A stretch of DNA of 64,000 nt from Cyanophora paradoxa CCMP329 (GCA_004431415.1 QPMI01000269.1:39948-103947), one strand, 5' to 3'; positions 1-13,622 are shown, numbered from the stretch's first letter. Notes: generated from the sequence alone by a model not told the origin. Program-made: numbers and translations.

Positions 1-1662
1 TGCTGTTTTTGCAGCCCAGGTCACGGGTGCTCCGAATCGGCGAACTCTCGGCAGCAAAGCGCAAACGAGTGTGCACCTTCGTCGAGTCGACATTGCACAA
101 GCGCGCTCATCCTTCTTGGCGCGGGAGGCTGGTGGGTTCGCCAGGCTGCAGCAAACACTTGCACGCCGCAACACTTGCAGCGCTCGCACAACGAAACCTT
201 GGCCGCAACTTTAACTAAGCACATTTTTATCCAGCAAGCACCAGTGCCAGCGCGTGCCGTGCCTTGGACTAGTGACAGGAGATGCCCACGCAACAGCACC
301 GGCCTCATCGGGACGGGCGCGTTGGTGATGGCAGCTCGTCTGGCGAGTCGGGAGTTCGGCGAGGCGAGGAGCTGGATCCGACGAAGATCACCAGCTACCA
401 CCCCAAGCTCACGCCGCCGCACGTCGCGCACGCGCTCGCCAAGCGCCTCGGTATCACGTACCTCGATGGCGTCCTCGCGCTCCAGGTGCATTACCCTCCT
501 TGCCGCCCTGCCCCCCTCCCGCGCTCAGTCCGGGCCAGATCAAATCGGTCGAGCTCCACTCAAGCGCGGCGCAAGACGAGCGCGGTTCTTTCAGCTCCGA
601 CAAGAAAAGGCGAAAGCCTGGTGGCCTCTTCAGCAGTTTCTTTCGCCGGAGGAGGTCGAACTCGCGAATTGAAGTGATGACCCCCCGCGAGCGGCGCTGC
701 CGGTACGAGCGGACTTTGCCGCAATCAATGGGCCGCAGCGGGGCCGACGCCTGGCAGGTTCACGGTGGAATTCCCGCGCTTCGACTACCAGAGCCCGCAC
801 TACGCGCTCGACTCCTCCGGTCGCGCCGGCAGCTTCACCGATTCGGTACGCTCCCGCGGCCGACTTCGAGGGGCCGGCGGCCGGACCGGCGGCCGGGGCT
901 GCGACGCCCCCCGCCGGCGCGCGCTGACGCGGGGCGGCAGGTGGAGATCGCCGTGTCGCCCAGCGACCTGCCCGTCGTGCTCGTCACGGCGTTCGAGGCG
1001 GGGCCCGACGGATCCGAGGCGCGCCCGCCCCCTCGCCGCTGCCAGCGGCAGCGTCTGACGCCCCGTTCGTAGAAGCAGCTAGGCTGCGTTAGTCTCCGCT
1101 TCGACGTGATGGCGATCGAGGGTGCGTCCGGCGGAGCCGCCGGGCCGCCCCCCCGTCTGATGCGGGCGTGCCCAGGTCGCATCGCGGAGGCGTTCTTCCC
1201 CCTCGGCGCCCTCCCGCTGGCAAGCGAGAGCGCAATAATCGGTGCGCGCTCCCACCTCATGCAGCGCGGCGCCTGTTGAGGGGCCGGGCGGCAGGGCGGC
1301 TGATGTGCCGGCTGGCGTTCTCGGGGCGCCCGGTGGCGAGGGAGACGGCGGAGGCGGAGGGGGCTGGGGCGGCGTCCGGCGGTGCGGTGCAGGGGCGCGT
1401 CACGTCGTACGTGCTCGAGAGCGTCACGGAGTCGCCGCGCAGCTCCAACCACTCGCGGCGCCCGTCGCCCCGCCCCGTCGCCTCGCCGCCGGCGCCGCAG
1501 CCGCGCTACCCGCTGCCGCCGGTGCGCGGGGCGCCGGCGCTCAAGCGGGGAGGCCTCCCCGGGGCGCCCCCCTCGGAGTCGCGCCCCGTCACGCCGACGG
1601 GCGCCGACGGCCGCCTCGACATCTACGATGGCCTCGACCCCTCCGCCACCGTCTACGTCTAG
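1..1662 (+). CDS. 3' part of an intron-containing gene of unknown function, possibly with a C2-like beta domain; runs in from upstream of the window
   Basis: Coherent exon pieces (RGEELDPTKITSYHPKLTPPHVAHALAKRLGITYLDGVLALQ, VEFPRFDYQSPHY, VEIAVSPSDLPVVLVTAFEAG, GRLDIYDGLDPSATVYV*) separated by GT/GC..CTGAC..CAG introns (e.g. 846-940). AT-rich sequence follows. The C2 call is only a pattern impression. Confidence 0.45.
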
Positions 1663-2278
1663 CCCGCCCCGCCCCTCGCCCCCGCGCCTCGCGTACCCTC
1701 CTGGAGGCAGGGCCCGCCGCCCCCTTTCAACCTCCCCTGCTCCTCTCCGTAGGCCGCGGTCAGTGCCGCCGCAGTCAGTGCCGTCATCCGTCATCCCGCA
1801 GCCGCCTTTTTCAAGTATCGTTTCCTCGCCTAGCCCGAGGCCTTATTACTCTGCAGCAAGTAGCTGAAGCACTTCCTTTAAGAAATTATCACCTGTCCCC
1901 TTGCGATGCTATTTCCGCAGATCTCGCTCTCCCCATTCGCAACCATTATAATTAGATGTCGATCATGCATATGAGCGTTGAGTTCTCTTTCTGTCTATTC
2001 TCTTTCAAGTAAAAGTGTTTATCGAAATATGCGCTGCTACAGTACGTATGCAAATTGTTTTCAGCTTACACTCGATCAATTCATTGCGATAATGTAAACG
2101 TGCGCATGCCTTCGTACGTATACCGTGGCACGATAATGCAAACAATCACACTAGTCATTGAATACGCGATAATGCAAGCTCTCCCCATGGCCATTTGGAA
2201 TCTTAAGCTTCGAGATTTCGTTCATGACGCTCGTCGCGTACGCGTTAAGCGCGGGGGGCCCGGGGCCCGGGAGCCGGC

Positions 2279-5200
2279 TCACTGCGGGGGCGCCGGCGAG
2301 GGCGCCGAGGCGCGGACGGAGGGGACGGAGCGGGAGGGGCGCCAGCAGTCGACCGACTTGCGCGTCTCGAAGGGGATCAGCGCCGGCAGCCGCAGCTGCA
2401 GCGGCGGCGGCACGTCCACCGCCGCCCCATCCTCCCTCCTGCGCCCCGCCGGCGCCTCAGGAGTGGGGCGGGTGCGGGCGGGGCGGGGGCGGACGTGGGG
2501 GCGAGGGGCGCGGGGCGGGGCGGCTTGGCGGCGTCGGAGAGGCGGCGGGCGGCGCGGCGGGAGCGCGCCTCGCGCTCCTCGTCGAAGACCGACTCGTCGA
2601 GCTCTTTGTAGTGCGCCACCTGCGCGCCCCGGGCCAGCCCGCCTCAGGCCCGCCCCGAGGCGGGCCGCCCCGGCCTCGGCCCGGGCCCCGCCCCGCGCGC
2701 CTGCGAGTGCCCGTGAAGGAGCGGTCGCGGGAGAAGGAGGAGCTCCGCAGCGCGATGCGGACCCTGCGGGGGCGCGCTCGGCGGGGCGGGGGCGGGGCGG
2801 GGCGGGGAGGAAGGGGCGCACGGCCCGGCGGTGTGGAGGATGGAGAGGGCGCGCTCGCGGCGCTTGGCGGGGCCCTTCTCGCCGGCCGGCTCCGGGTGCC
2901 CCGCCCGCCGCACCCGCTCCCGGATGTCCTCCTGCGCCCCGCCCCTCGCGCCCCGCCCCGCGAGTGCCCCGCGAGCGCCCCGCCGCCCGAGCGCACCACG
3001 AACTGGTGCACCGCCGCGTTCTGCTCCAGCCGCACCTGCGGGCAGGGCGCGTGAGCCCCGGCGCCGATCCTCGCGGCGCCTCCCCGGGCACGCTGGAGCT
3101 CGGCCCCCTGCTGTGTGGCCCCTGCCGGGGGCCCACGCCCAACTCCGAGCTAGGAGTGCGGGGGCGGGGCGGCGGACCTCGCGGTGCATGGTGTCGAGCT
3201 GGCTCCCCGAGTGGGCGACGTAGCACGCCGGGCAGACGCCCACCGTCCGCGTGAGGAACTCCGTCTGCGCCCCGCTCGCGGGGGCGGGGCGGGGCGGGGG
3301 CGGGGGCGGGGGCGGGGCGGGCCTGGGTGCAGCACTTGCGGAAGGAGTCGTGGGTGAGGCTCGGGTGGAGGCGCCGCAGCACGCCCGGGATGGGATCCCT
3401 TGACGCCCCCTCAGCGCCCCACGCCGAGGCGGGGGGCGGGGGCGGCGGGGCGCACTGCATCTCGCGCTCGCGGCGGAGGCGCTCGGCGGCCTCCTCCCGC
3501 GCCCGCCGCTCCGCCTCCTCCCGCGCCTGCTCCTCCGCCTGCCCGGCCCCGCTCGGCCCCGCCCCGCACGCCCCGCGCCGGCGCCGCAGCGCACCAGCCG
3601 CCGCATGCGCTCTTCCTTCTCGCGGCGCCGCCGCGCGCGCCGGCGCTCCTCCTCGTCCTCCTCCTGCGGGGCGGGCTCGGGAAGGGGGCGGGGCGGGGGC
3701 GGAAGGAGGCGGGGCGCGGCGGACGTCGAATAGCTCCTCGCCGTTGGAGGAGGCGGCGCCCTTCGAGGAGGGCGACTGCCGCCCGGGCGACTGCGCCACC
3801 CCGACCCGTCAGGCGCCGCCCCCGAGGGCCGGGCGCCGGCCGGAGCGCACCTTGGAGCGGCGCGGGGAGGCCCGCGGGGTTCGGGGAGCGCGAGGAGCGG
3901 TCGCCGCGGGGGCGGGCGGGAGCGCCGGAGAGGACGGCCCGCACGGCCGCCTCCTGGCGCTCCTTCGAGGGCAGGAAGGGCGCCTCGTCCTCGCTGTCCT
4001 CGTCCTGCCCACCCCGCTCAGCGCCCGCTCAGCGCCCGCCCCGCGGCCGGCCCCGCTGGGCGCACCTGCAGCGTCGCGCTCTCCACGGGGCCGACGGGCG
4101 CCGCGGGGGCCGGAGGGGCGAGCTGGAGCGGGGCGGGAGGGGAGGGGAGCGGGAGGCCGGCGCGGGGCCGCGGGCTTGCGCCAGGGGCGCGGTACGCTGC
4201 GGAGGGCCGGAGGCGGCGGGGCCGTCGACGGCGCCGCGAACTTCACGTGCGCCCGGAGGCGGCGGCGGGGGCGGTTGCCGGGTGCGCCGCCCCGGCGGGG
4301 CCGTCACCGGGGCGGGGTAGGGGCGGAGGGCCGGCGGGGCCGGCAGAGGCGGAGGGTGCGGAGGGAGGGTGCGGCGGGAGGCGGCGAGGGTGGCGACGGT
4401 GGCGGACTTTGACAGGGGCGTCCGCCCACGCTCGAGGCGCCCCGCCCCGCCCGCCCACGCTCCCCCGCCCGGCCCCGCCCTCGGCGGCGGCGCGGTCGAG
4501 GGGCTGCGGGCGGTGAGGGGGCGCGCTGCGAGGCGGGAGGCGGGGCGGGGCGGACGGCGCCGGTGGCGTCGAGGCCGAGAGCGAGCATCCACTGCCGCTG
4601 CCGCGTGAGGCGCCGCCAGCGGGCGGGCGGGCGGGCGGGGCGGGGCGGACGGGCATGGGGCGATGGCGGCCTCGGCGGCGCTGGCGGGGCCCTGCAGGTC
4701 GTGCGCCCCCGGCGCCGGGCCCTCCGCCTCCTGCCAGCGCCCCCTCAGCGCGCGCCCCGCCGGCCGGCGCGGGGCGCGCGGGCGCACCTCGTCGAGGCCT
4801 CCGGCGTCTCGGCGGCGGCGGGGCCCCCGGCGGTGCGCCGCCGCCGCCTGCGGCCCGTGTAGATGCGGCAGCGCGCCTCGGCGCCGTCGGAGTCGTCGGC
4901 GGGGCGGGGCCGTCGCGGGAGAGCATGGTGCTCATGATGAACTGCCAGGAGGCGGACATGCGCAGCTGCTGCTCGAGAAAGCGCGCGTCCACCGCTGTCA
5001 GCGGGCCCTCCCGGCCCCAGGCCCCGTCTTCAGCGCCGCCTTCGCAGGCGACGGCGACGAGGCAGCCGGCCTAGGCGCCCCTCGGCGGCGCCGGCGGGGG
5101 CGGCCTCAGGTCGGGGCCGGGGGCGCTGCGGGCGCCTGCTCGTCCCCGGGCGCCCCGGGGCGGCTGCGAGGCCCGCAGCAGCGTCTCCTCCATCACTGCC

Positions 5201-7634
5201 CGAGCGTGAGAGGACGAGGGGGCAGGGAGAGGGGCAGGGAAGGGGTGGGGGTGGGGGGGGGCTGGGGGGGGGGGGGGGGGGGGCTGGCGCACGGATCTCG
5301 AGAGAGCGGCGGCGGTTAACGGAGGAGGGGAAGCGGCGGGAGGGGAGGGGCCGGGCAAAGGCTGCCCGCGGTGTGGCGAGGGCCCGAGGAGCCCGAGGCG
5401 GCCGAGTCGTCCCCCGAGTTCTCCCCGAGTCCCCGTCCGGCGCCGCGGGCCGGCCCCGCGGGCCCCGCGCGGCGACGGCGGGGCCATGGAGCCCATGAGG
5501 CCGCCCTGCGCCGCGGGGGCCGTCGCCGGGCGCCCCCACCGCCAGCAGCGACGGCGCAGACGCCGAGATCTGCGCAGCGCGTCACGCGCGCCGGCGCGGC
5601 GCGATGGGGCGGGGCGCGCGTCGGCGGGGTGAAGCCGAGGGAGGGCGCCGCGTCGGCGGTGCGGGCGCGGCGGCGCTGCTCCTCCCAGCGCCGCCGCCGC
5701 CGCGCCAGCAGGTCCGTCACCTCGTCCCCCGTCGGCGGCGGCTGCGCGCCGCGTCAGCGGGCGGGCGGGGCGGTGCGAGGCGGAGCAGACGTCGCCGGAG
5801 TCGAAGCCGGGGTCGTCGGGGCGCAGGGGAGGGCGACGGAGAGGCCGCCCGGGCCGGTCCCGCCGCGCGCCGCGAGCTCCCGCGCGTGCTCCTCCCGCGC
5901 CTGCGGCAGGGGACTCGGGCGGGGGCGATGGGGCGGGGTCGGGCGGGGGCGCGGGGCGGACGCGGCGGTGGTGGACGACGATGGAGCGGTAGTCGAGGGG
6001 CACCGCGTCGCCCTCCCGCACGAACTGGCACACCGGGCACAGGTAGCACTTCCCTGCGCCCCGAGGGCCGTCCGCCCCCGCGTCGGCCCCCGCCGCCGCT
6101 GCGCTGGGAGGGCGCGGGGGCGGCACCGCGGAGCAGCATGAACTTGCGGCGCGAGATGGAGTCGTTCTTGCGGGCCCCCGCGAGCTGCGGGCGGGATCAG
6201 GCGGGGGCGCGGGGGGGAGGCCGGGGTGGCGCGCGCCCGCTTGAAGAGGGTCTGGACGTTGACGGACTCGGAGAGGGGCAGGGGCACGTTCTCCTCGCCC
6301 CGCAGCCGCAGCGACGAGCAGTAGAGGAAGTTGATGCGGGAGGCGATGTCCACCTGCGCCCCCGCCCCGCGCCCCGCTCGCGCGGCGGCCGGGGCGCGGG
6401 GCGGGGCGGGCGGGGCCGGGGCGGGCCTTGAAGTAGAGGACCATGCGGACGATCTCGTAGCGCAGCGGGCTGCAGGGCGCCTCAGGCGAGCGGCGCGCGG
6501 GCTCGGGGCGCGGGGCCGGGGCCGGCCTGCAGTCGCGGAGGTGGCGGACGACGGCGGCGCAGATGCCCCGGAGGTGCCGCGGGAAGAGGTCCCCGTGCAC
6601 GCTGTCTGCCCCCGCACCCCCCGCGTCGGCGGCGCCGCGGGCCCGGGGCGGGGCGTGCCGGGCCGGGGCCGCACTGAGCTCGGAGAGGTGGTGCTCCCCG
6701 TCGAAGGTCACCGCCCGGTCGTACCGGTCCACCACTGCCCGCCCGCCGCCCCGCTCGCTTCCGCCCGGGCCCGGCGCGGGGGCCGGGGCACAGGCGGGGC
6801 GGACCGGGGTCGGTGAGGTCGTGGCGGTTGACGCGCCGCTCCATCACGCACGCGTGCGGCGTCCACGTCACCCGCAGCACCTCTGAGCCCCATCCCGCCA
6901 CGTCAGGCCGCCCGGCGCGGCGCGGAGCGGAGCGGGCGGGCGGGCGGGCGGGCGGGCCGTTCTTCGTGCCGCGCGGCTCGATGAACTTCTGGAGGATGCC
7001 GTCGTTGACCTTCTTGCGCCGGAAGACTGCGGCACGTCAGCGGCCGGCGCTCCGCGGCGCCGGACGGCCAGGATGGGGCCGGCCGCGCACGGAAGTCGTG
7101 GAGCCCCTTCTTGTCGAAGTACTCTGCGGCGCCCCGTCAGCGGTGGAGCCGGCGAGCCGGGCCGGGGCGGACGCACCAACGGCAGTCATCTGCTGACCGT
7201 CGTGGTCCAGGTAGTCACAAATGTACGTGGCAACGATGTCGCTCCCGCCGCTCGCCTGGCCCCCGAAAGCCTGCTCGATGTGCTTGTTCTGCGCCGGACG
7301 CTCAGCGGGCCGGGCCGTGGCGCCGGGCGGGGGACCCAGCCGGCAGTCGCGCCTTGAGGAGCTCCTTGTCCCGCAGCTCGAGCTGGTCGTCCGCCGTATG
7401 GAACCAGTACGCGGGGAGGCGAAACCTGCGCCGACATTCTCAGCGGAGGCGCCGTGGGGTCCGCGGGCGTGGGCGATGAGCAGATCTCGTATACCTGTAT
7501 ACAATGGTGTCGGGGATGCGGATCTTGAGGCCGGAGCCCGTCTTGATGCTCCGGAGGTAAAGATAGTGATACAGGGTGTCGATGACCCCGTCCCGCTTAA
7601 GCGGCGGGATGGTGAATGGTGGAGAAAGCGACAT
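2279..7634 (-). CDS. Large multi-exon conserved hypothetical protein resembling an uncharacterised family of flagellated protists
   Basis: Starts MSLSPPFTIPPLKRDGVIDTLYHYLY. Globular exons include GILQKFIEPRGTKN, LRVTWTPHACVMERRVN, YDRAVTFDG, IVRMVLYFK, INFLYCSSLRL and FLTRTVGVCPACYV. Many GC/GT-AG introns (e.g. 6354-6426). The family resemblance is from recall, not a search. Confidence 0.65.
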
Positions 7635-8107
7635 AGCTAAGGTTTGTCGTTCAGCCGCGAGGCCCTCCCGCGCCTAATCGGTGCTGGATGTGCAATCCTA
7701 GCTGAGGCTTGAGCCCGCGTGGGCTGGGGCTTTGAAGTCCTCAAATGAGCTCTACAATCTTCAACGAAGCTCTGGTGCCACGGTGCTCACCGCCGGCGCC
7801 AGGCCGGGGCACGCCCCGCACTCGCCGACTGAGCTAGCCGCAGGCGAGTCGAGCTGCAATCAGCGTACAAGATGATGACGGAGGCTGTGTGCTGCGCGGC
7901 GGGCCGCAAATCTTAATATAAATGCCCGAATGCACGTACTGGTAGACTTGTCTAGAATCGCGGGCTCGGCGCCCCGATAGACCATTTTCTTGGACAACCC
8001 AGGGGTACACGGTGCGAACAATGTGCCGACGTCGACGAGTCGACGTCAGTACGAATTCGAAGCCCCGCGCGCTCAGCGCTTCCTCCACATAATGTAGCTG
8101 CGTTCGG

Positions 8108-9955
8108 ATGGCCTCGGAGGCGCAGCGCACCGACGCTGGCGACGAGCCGGGCGGCTGGCCATCTGAGGTGTTCGATGACGGGGAGGAGGCGCGGGCAGAG
8201 TCGTTGCACCTCGTGTGCCCCATCTGCCTTCTCGTGATGCGCGATCCAGTGCGTCAGCTTGCGTCCGTGCGATGCTTAGCTTCGACAGCCGGCTGACCCG
8301 CGCGTTCGCCGGCACGCGCGCAGACGTCGCTGCAGTGCTCGAACGACCACGCGCTGTGCTGGACGTGCGCGGAGGGCGTCGTGCGGGAGTCCGGCTTTCC
8401 GTTCCAGTACGAGTACCAGCGGGCGCAGCTGAAGTGCCCCGTGTGCCGCGAGGTGGTCGCGCAAGAGCGCATCGGCCGCTCCGCGTTCCGCGCCCGCCTC
8501 GTGAACGACCTCCGCGCCTGGTGCACCCGCCGCCTCCGCCCTTCCGCACTGGACCTCACTCTTTGCAGCTGCCCGTCGCGGGAACGCGGATGCGGTTGGC
8601 GGGGTGCACTGTCCACCCTGACGGCGCACGCGATCTCTTGTTCCATCGGCCGGGAAGAGGCGCGGGCGGCCGCGGCCGAAGCGGAGCTGGAACAAGTCCG
8701 GCGGCGGCTCGAAGAGGCGGTCAAGTTCGGGGAGGAGGCGGCGGCGAGGCGGGGCGAGGCGGAGCGGCGGGCGGCAGCGGCCGAGGCGGAGTTGCGGTCG
8801 ATGTGGCAGCGGCTGGCGGCGGCGGAGAAGCGGGGCGAGGAGGAGGCGGGGCGGCGGGCGGAGGCGGAGCGGCGGGCGCGGGCGCTGCAGGCGGAGGCGG
8901 CGGAGATGGACGAGCTGCGCGAGCACCTCGACGAGGCCCTCCGGGCCGCCGACGAGGCCGCCGAGGCGCGCCTTGAGGCCGATGCGCGGGCGGCGGCCGC
9001 AGAGGCGGCGCTCGCAGAGTCGCACGGGCGGCAGGACGCGCAGCAGGTGGAGATTCAGGCCCTCCGCCGGCAGCTCCTCCGCGCCAGCGCCGCCCCCGGC
9101 GCCGCCCTGGGACCTCCAGCGGCGCCCGGTGGCTCGGGGAGTGCGGCTCCTGCTGTTGCTGTTCCCGCGTCCGGGCCGGCGGGTCTTTCCACAGGGCCGT
9201 CCCTCCAGGCCTTCCTCGCGCGGCCGCCGCCTTCGGGGCGCGTGCGGGCCCGATCGGAGGCGGCGGGAGGGGCGAGCGGGGCGGCGGCGCCAGCGCAGTC
9301 GGGGGAGGACGTGGAGGCCATGCGCCGGCGGCTCGAGCGGGCCCGCAGGGCGCCCGAGGCGCAGCCACCGGCGGCGGCGGCGGCTGGGGCGGCGGCAGGA
9401 CCCAGGGGGGCTATCGGGAGCTCCTTGAGGAGTTCCTCGACTGGCGCCCCTCGTAGGCGGCCGCCGCCGGCGCCCAGCCTTTCAGCGTTCAAGCCGCCGC
9501 CGCCCGCCACCAGTGGCCCCGCCGCGCCCGGCACGTGCACGCAGAGGCGCGGCAGACGCCGGCGGCGTCTCCGGCGCCTTCTACCCCGGGGGCGGGCGTG
9601 TTGCCAGGCTGTGTCCGCTGCGTCTCCGGCCCGGCCCGGCGACCGACGACGCCGCCGGCCCGGCCGGTTTCGGCGGCTTCGGCGGCTTCGGCCTCGGCGG
9701 GGTGCGCGGCCGCCCGCCCGCCCCCCTCGCCTCGACCTCACGTTTTCGCAGGCGCCCCGCGGACCGCCCAAGAACCCGTTCGGGGCCTCGGCGCCCCCAG
9801 CCGCGACGCCCGTCTCCCCTGCATGGGGCCGGGGCCGGGGCCGGGGCCGGCGAGTGCTCAAGGGGCCGACCTTTGGGAGCCCCGCGGGGCCCGTGGCGCC
9901 ATCCGCACCCGCGCCCCCCATGAATGTTCGAAGTTGCGTAAGACCGGTTAGCTAA
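8108..9955 (+). CDS. TRAF-type RING E3 ligase: RING + zinc finger + coiled coil + low-complexity tail
   Basis: Spliced CPICLLVMRDP|TSLQCSNDHALCWTC...KCPVC RING, then CPSRERGCGWRGALSTLTAHAISC (TRAF/SIAH-type finger), then an E/A/R-rich coiled coil. Paralogous to 52605-54879. Confidence 0.8.
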
Positions 9956-10020
9956 ATCATGCTATATTCTGTTATCATGAGTATCATAGTGTCATGTACT
10001 GTACACGCAAGTTAAGTAGC

Positions 10021-11777
10021 TTAAGTTAAGAACAATCGGAGGAGCCCCGTGACGGCGGCCCTGCACGACGGACACGACTGCCGCACGAACTTCGCGGCGC
10101 AGCCTTCGCAGAGGCAGTGCCCGCACCTGCCGCGAAGGATCCGGAGCACGTGCGCGTAAGCACGAGAGCGCAGGCATGAGATCGCGATCGGCTCGGCGCA
10201 CGGCTGGAGGGCGTGGTCGGGCTTCCTCTCGCAGCAGATGGGGCACTCGAGCGGGGCGCCGGCGGCGGCGCGCTCGGCGGCGGCGACCTGCTGCTGCCGC
10301 TCGCTGACGCGGGCGATGGCTCCCGAAAGCCTCGCGATGAGTGCCCCGAGCTCCGCTGAGCCGAGGCCCGCCAAGCTCGCCTCGTCGCAGCGGAGCGCCC
10401 CGCCCGCCCGCTCCTCCGCCGCCCGCAGCCGCCCGTGCTGCGCCCCGCCCACCGTCAGCTGCCGCGAGATCGAGGTCGGGCGCGGGGGCGCCGGGACGGG
10501 ACCGCGGTGGCGAGCTCCTCGGCCTGCCTCCGCGCCTGTTCCTCCAGGCCCGCCGCCTGCCCCGCCCCATCAGCCGCGTTGCCCCTGCGGGCGCGCGGGG
10601 TGCTGGCCGTGCCTGCTGCTGGAGCCGGTCGGCGCGGCGTTCGGCGTCGGCGCGATTGCGCTCGGCCTGCACGCAAAGCATCACCGCCTCCTCCTTCTCC
10701 GCCTTCGCCGCCCGCCACCGCTGCTCGGCCGCCTGCGCCCGCGCGGCGAGCGCCGCCGCCGCCGGTCCCGCGCAGAGCGGCTCGAGCCCGTCCGGCGCGC
10801 TGGTGAACACCTGCACGCGGCGTCGGCACGGGCCGGCGAGGCGGGGGCGCGCGGGGCAGTGTGCAGGGCGGACGCGGCTGCCGAGGAGGCTCTCCGGGGG
10901 CAAGAAGAGCCCGAGCGGGGCGTTCCATATGGTGCAGGCGGTGAGGGCGGCCCGGCACCGCTCCGTGAACTGCGCCGCCGCCGTCCCGCAGTCGTGGATG
11001 TGCGAGTCCGCCACCTGCGCGCGCGGGGCGCCTTCAGGGAGGGGGGAAGGGGTACGCGGGGGGGAGGGTCACCAGGACGGCGCACTCCTCAAAGAAGCCG
11101 CCGGAGACGCCGACGGGGCAGTTGAAGATCTCGCAGCCCGTGACGGAGCAGACGCCGCGGGGCGCCCAGAAGCGCACCCCGCACGCCGATGTGGAGGCGC
11201 CGGCGGCGTTAAGGACGCGGGAGCGGGCGAGGACGAGGTGCGAGGCGAGGCACTTCTCGCCGGCGGCGAAGACGCAGCCGGCGCCCCAGCCGTTCAGCTC
11301 GCAGTCGAGGAAGGACCAGCGGGAGCCGCTCCCCTCCAGCTCGACGCCCCCGGTGACGCTCAGGTTGCGCATCTGGAAGGAGCCGCCGTCGCCGACCACC
11401 CGGAGCAGCAGCGCCCCGTGCCCCTCCCGGCTCGCCCTCAGCGTGGCCGGCGACCCGCCCGAGCTCGAGGCCGCGCCGCTGCTCTCAGCCCCGCGGATCG
11501 ACACGCTGAAGCCGGAGATGTTCAGCTCCAGCGTCTGAATGCCAAGGTCGGGGCGCGCGACGCTGCAGTCGCCCTGGATGACGATTTCGATCTCGCGCCG
11601 GTTGCTGCTCGTCGCCGCCGACCACGCCGACGCGAGCGTGCTGAACACGTTGGGCTGAGCGGCTGCAGCTTGGGGGTCCACGTGCACGAAGCCGCGCCAG
11701 CAGATGTCCGGCTGTCTCTCCGGCGAAGGGGGAACCCGTCCGGGGCTTGCCGACGCAAACGCCGATGCAGCTGCCAT
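10021..11777 (-). CDS. Right-handed parallel beta-helix + coiled coil + C-terminal RING (C3HC4) E3 ligase
   Basis: Beta-helix repeats (FLDCELNG, LARSRVLNA, VTGCEIFNC, VADSHIHDC, LTACTIWNA) and the terminal spliced RING ECPICCERKPDHALQP|CGHCLCEGCAAKFVRQSCPSCR. Confidence 0.8.
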
Positions 11778-12213
11778 TCTGCGCCCGCCTCTAACGCCTG
11801 TCTGAGCCCGGAGCCGCCCCGCTGCGGGTCTGCTGTCGACGTTCGGTTCGCTCTGCGCTGTGCGCCGCGCGGCTCGTTCGAACGAAGGAGATCACCTTCG
11901 CTGCGAATGACTGACCGCTGCGACCGAGCCCTACCGCTGCGCGAGCTTGTCAGGTGACCGCTGCGCGTTTGATTCGAAGCCGCACGTACGTAAGTGTCGC
12001 ACCTTGTAAGTGACGCTGCACGATGTGCGAGCTTGTCAGGTGCCAAGCTGTGCTCGACTGACCAGCGGCAAACGCTTCTACCCCGCCGCCTCGGTCGAAG
12101 GGTCTTCTACCCCCTCGCTCGTCACCTGACCCGCCGACTGACCTGTCTATAGAGCTACGCACACGGGACCACCGTGCTCTGCTGCTTTCAATACCGGGCT
12201 CCTGTGCGGGACG

Positions 12214-13591
12214 ATGGACGCGACGCTTTTCGAGCGGCGGCTGCAGCTGGCGACCGAGCGAAGCAAGGCGAGAGCTTCATCGCGGCACTCGTTTCCCGCC
12301 TGATCCTCGCGCGCGTAGTTCGATGACCTGCAGACCGTGTTCGGCCTGGACGTGGGCGAGGAGCTGCTTCCATGGACCGCTGAGGACGATCCTGCTGTGG
12401 CGCGGCTGCTGGAGATGCGCAGACGTTTACATGAGCAGCACGTGCGTGCCGAGAATCTGCGGTCTGAGTTGGCGGTCGCACGCGCGGACCGCGAGGAGCA
12501 CGGTGCGAACCGCGCTTGCTTGTCATGATCAGCGAAGTGCACGCTGTTCGATGATCCCCCGCGGCCCGCGGTGCAGATCGGAGGGAGGCGGAGAGGCGGC
12601 GGGCGCAGGAGGAGGCGCAGCGGCTCGCCGAGGAGCGGCGGCGGCTGGAGCGCGAGGAGGAAGAGCGCTGGGAGCGGGAGCGCGAGGCGCAGCGGCAACG
12701 GGAGGAGCAGGCGCGCCGGCGCGAGGAGGAGGCGGAGCTGGAGCGCCTGCGGCTCGAGCAGGAGCGGCTCCAGCAGCAGATCCTCGCCGACCAGAGGCTC
12801 GGTGCGCCCCGGCAGTCCCGGCCCGTCGAGTCCGGCTCGGCGCCTGACTGGGCGCCCGCGGCGTGGCAGCGGAGAGCTTGCGGGTGCGGGAGTGCAGCAT
12901 GTGCGCGACAGACATCCCCGAGGCCATCGTGTTCCAGGCGAGAGCATGCGCATGCGCGCGCCGCCGTCCTCCCCCTCGCGCCGCTGAAGCGCGCGCAGGC
13001 GAGCTGCTGCGAGCACCAGTTCTGCTGGCCCTGCGCCGCAGTGTACGCGCGCACCGAGATCGGCGCCGGCCGCCTCGAGCCGAAGGTGCGGGCTGCCGCG
13101 TCTGCCGTCGCTCGGGGCCTGTGGCGGCTCGGCGGGGGCGGTGACCGCCGGGGGCCGGTGCAGTGCCCGTCGACGGAGGAGTGCGAGGGGCGATGGAGGA
13201 CGCTGGACCTGCAGGCGCACCCCGCCGGCCCCGGCCCCGTGCGCCGCCTCCTCACCCCGCTGCAGAACGCGACGGGGGGCGAGATGGACGAGGCCATAGC
13301 CGCCGTCAGCCTGCGCAAGTACAGGGAGCAGGCCGGCGACGCCGTCTGGCGCGTACCTCCCCCCTCTCTCTCTCTTTCCCTTCGCTCACCGTCTTCCGGG
13401 GCGGAGCAGGCAGTGCCCGCGGCCGAACTGCAAGGGGATGCTCGAGGCGAGCGCCCTCCCGCCCGCGCCCCGCGCCCCGCGGCGCTCAGCTGCTCCCTCC
13501 GGCAGGTCGAAGCGGGCGTCGCGATGGTGCACTGCCCCTTCCCCACGTGCGGCTTCGCCTGGTGCAACGCCTGCAAGTGCCAGGTCAGTCT

Positions 13592-13622
<31 letters not shown>

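Noticed and set aside
7915-7923. TATA-like AATATAAAT between divergent genes
   Set aside because: A single AT-rich word with no TSS evidence.
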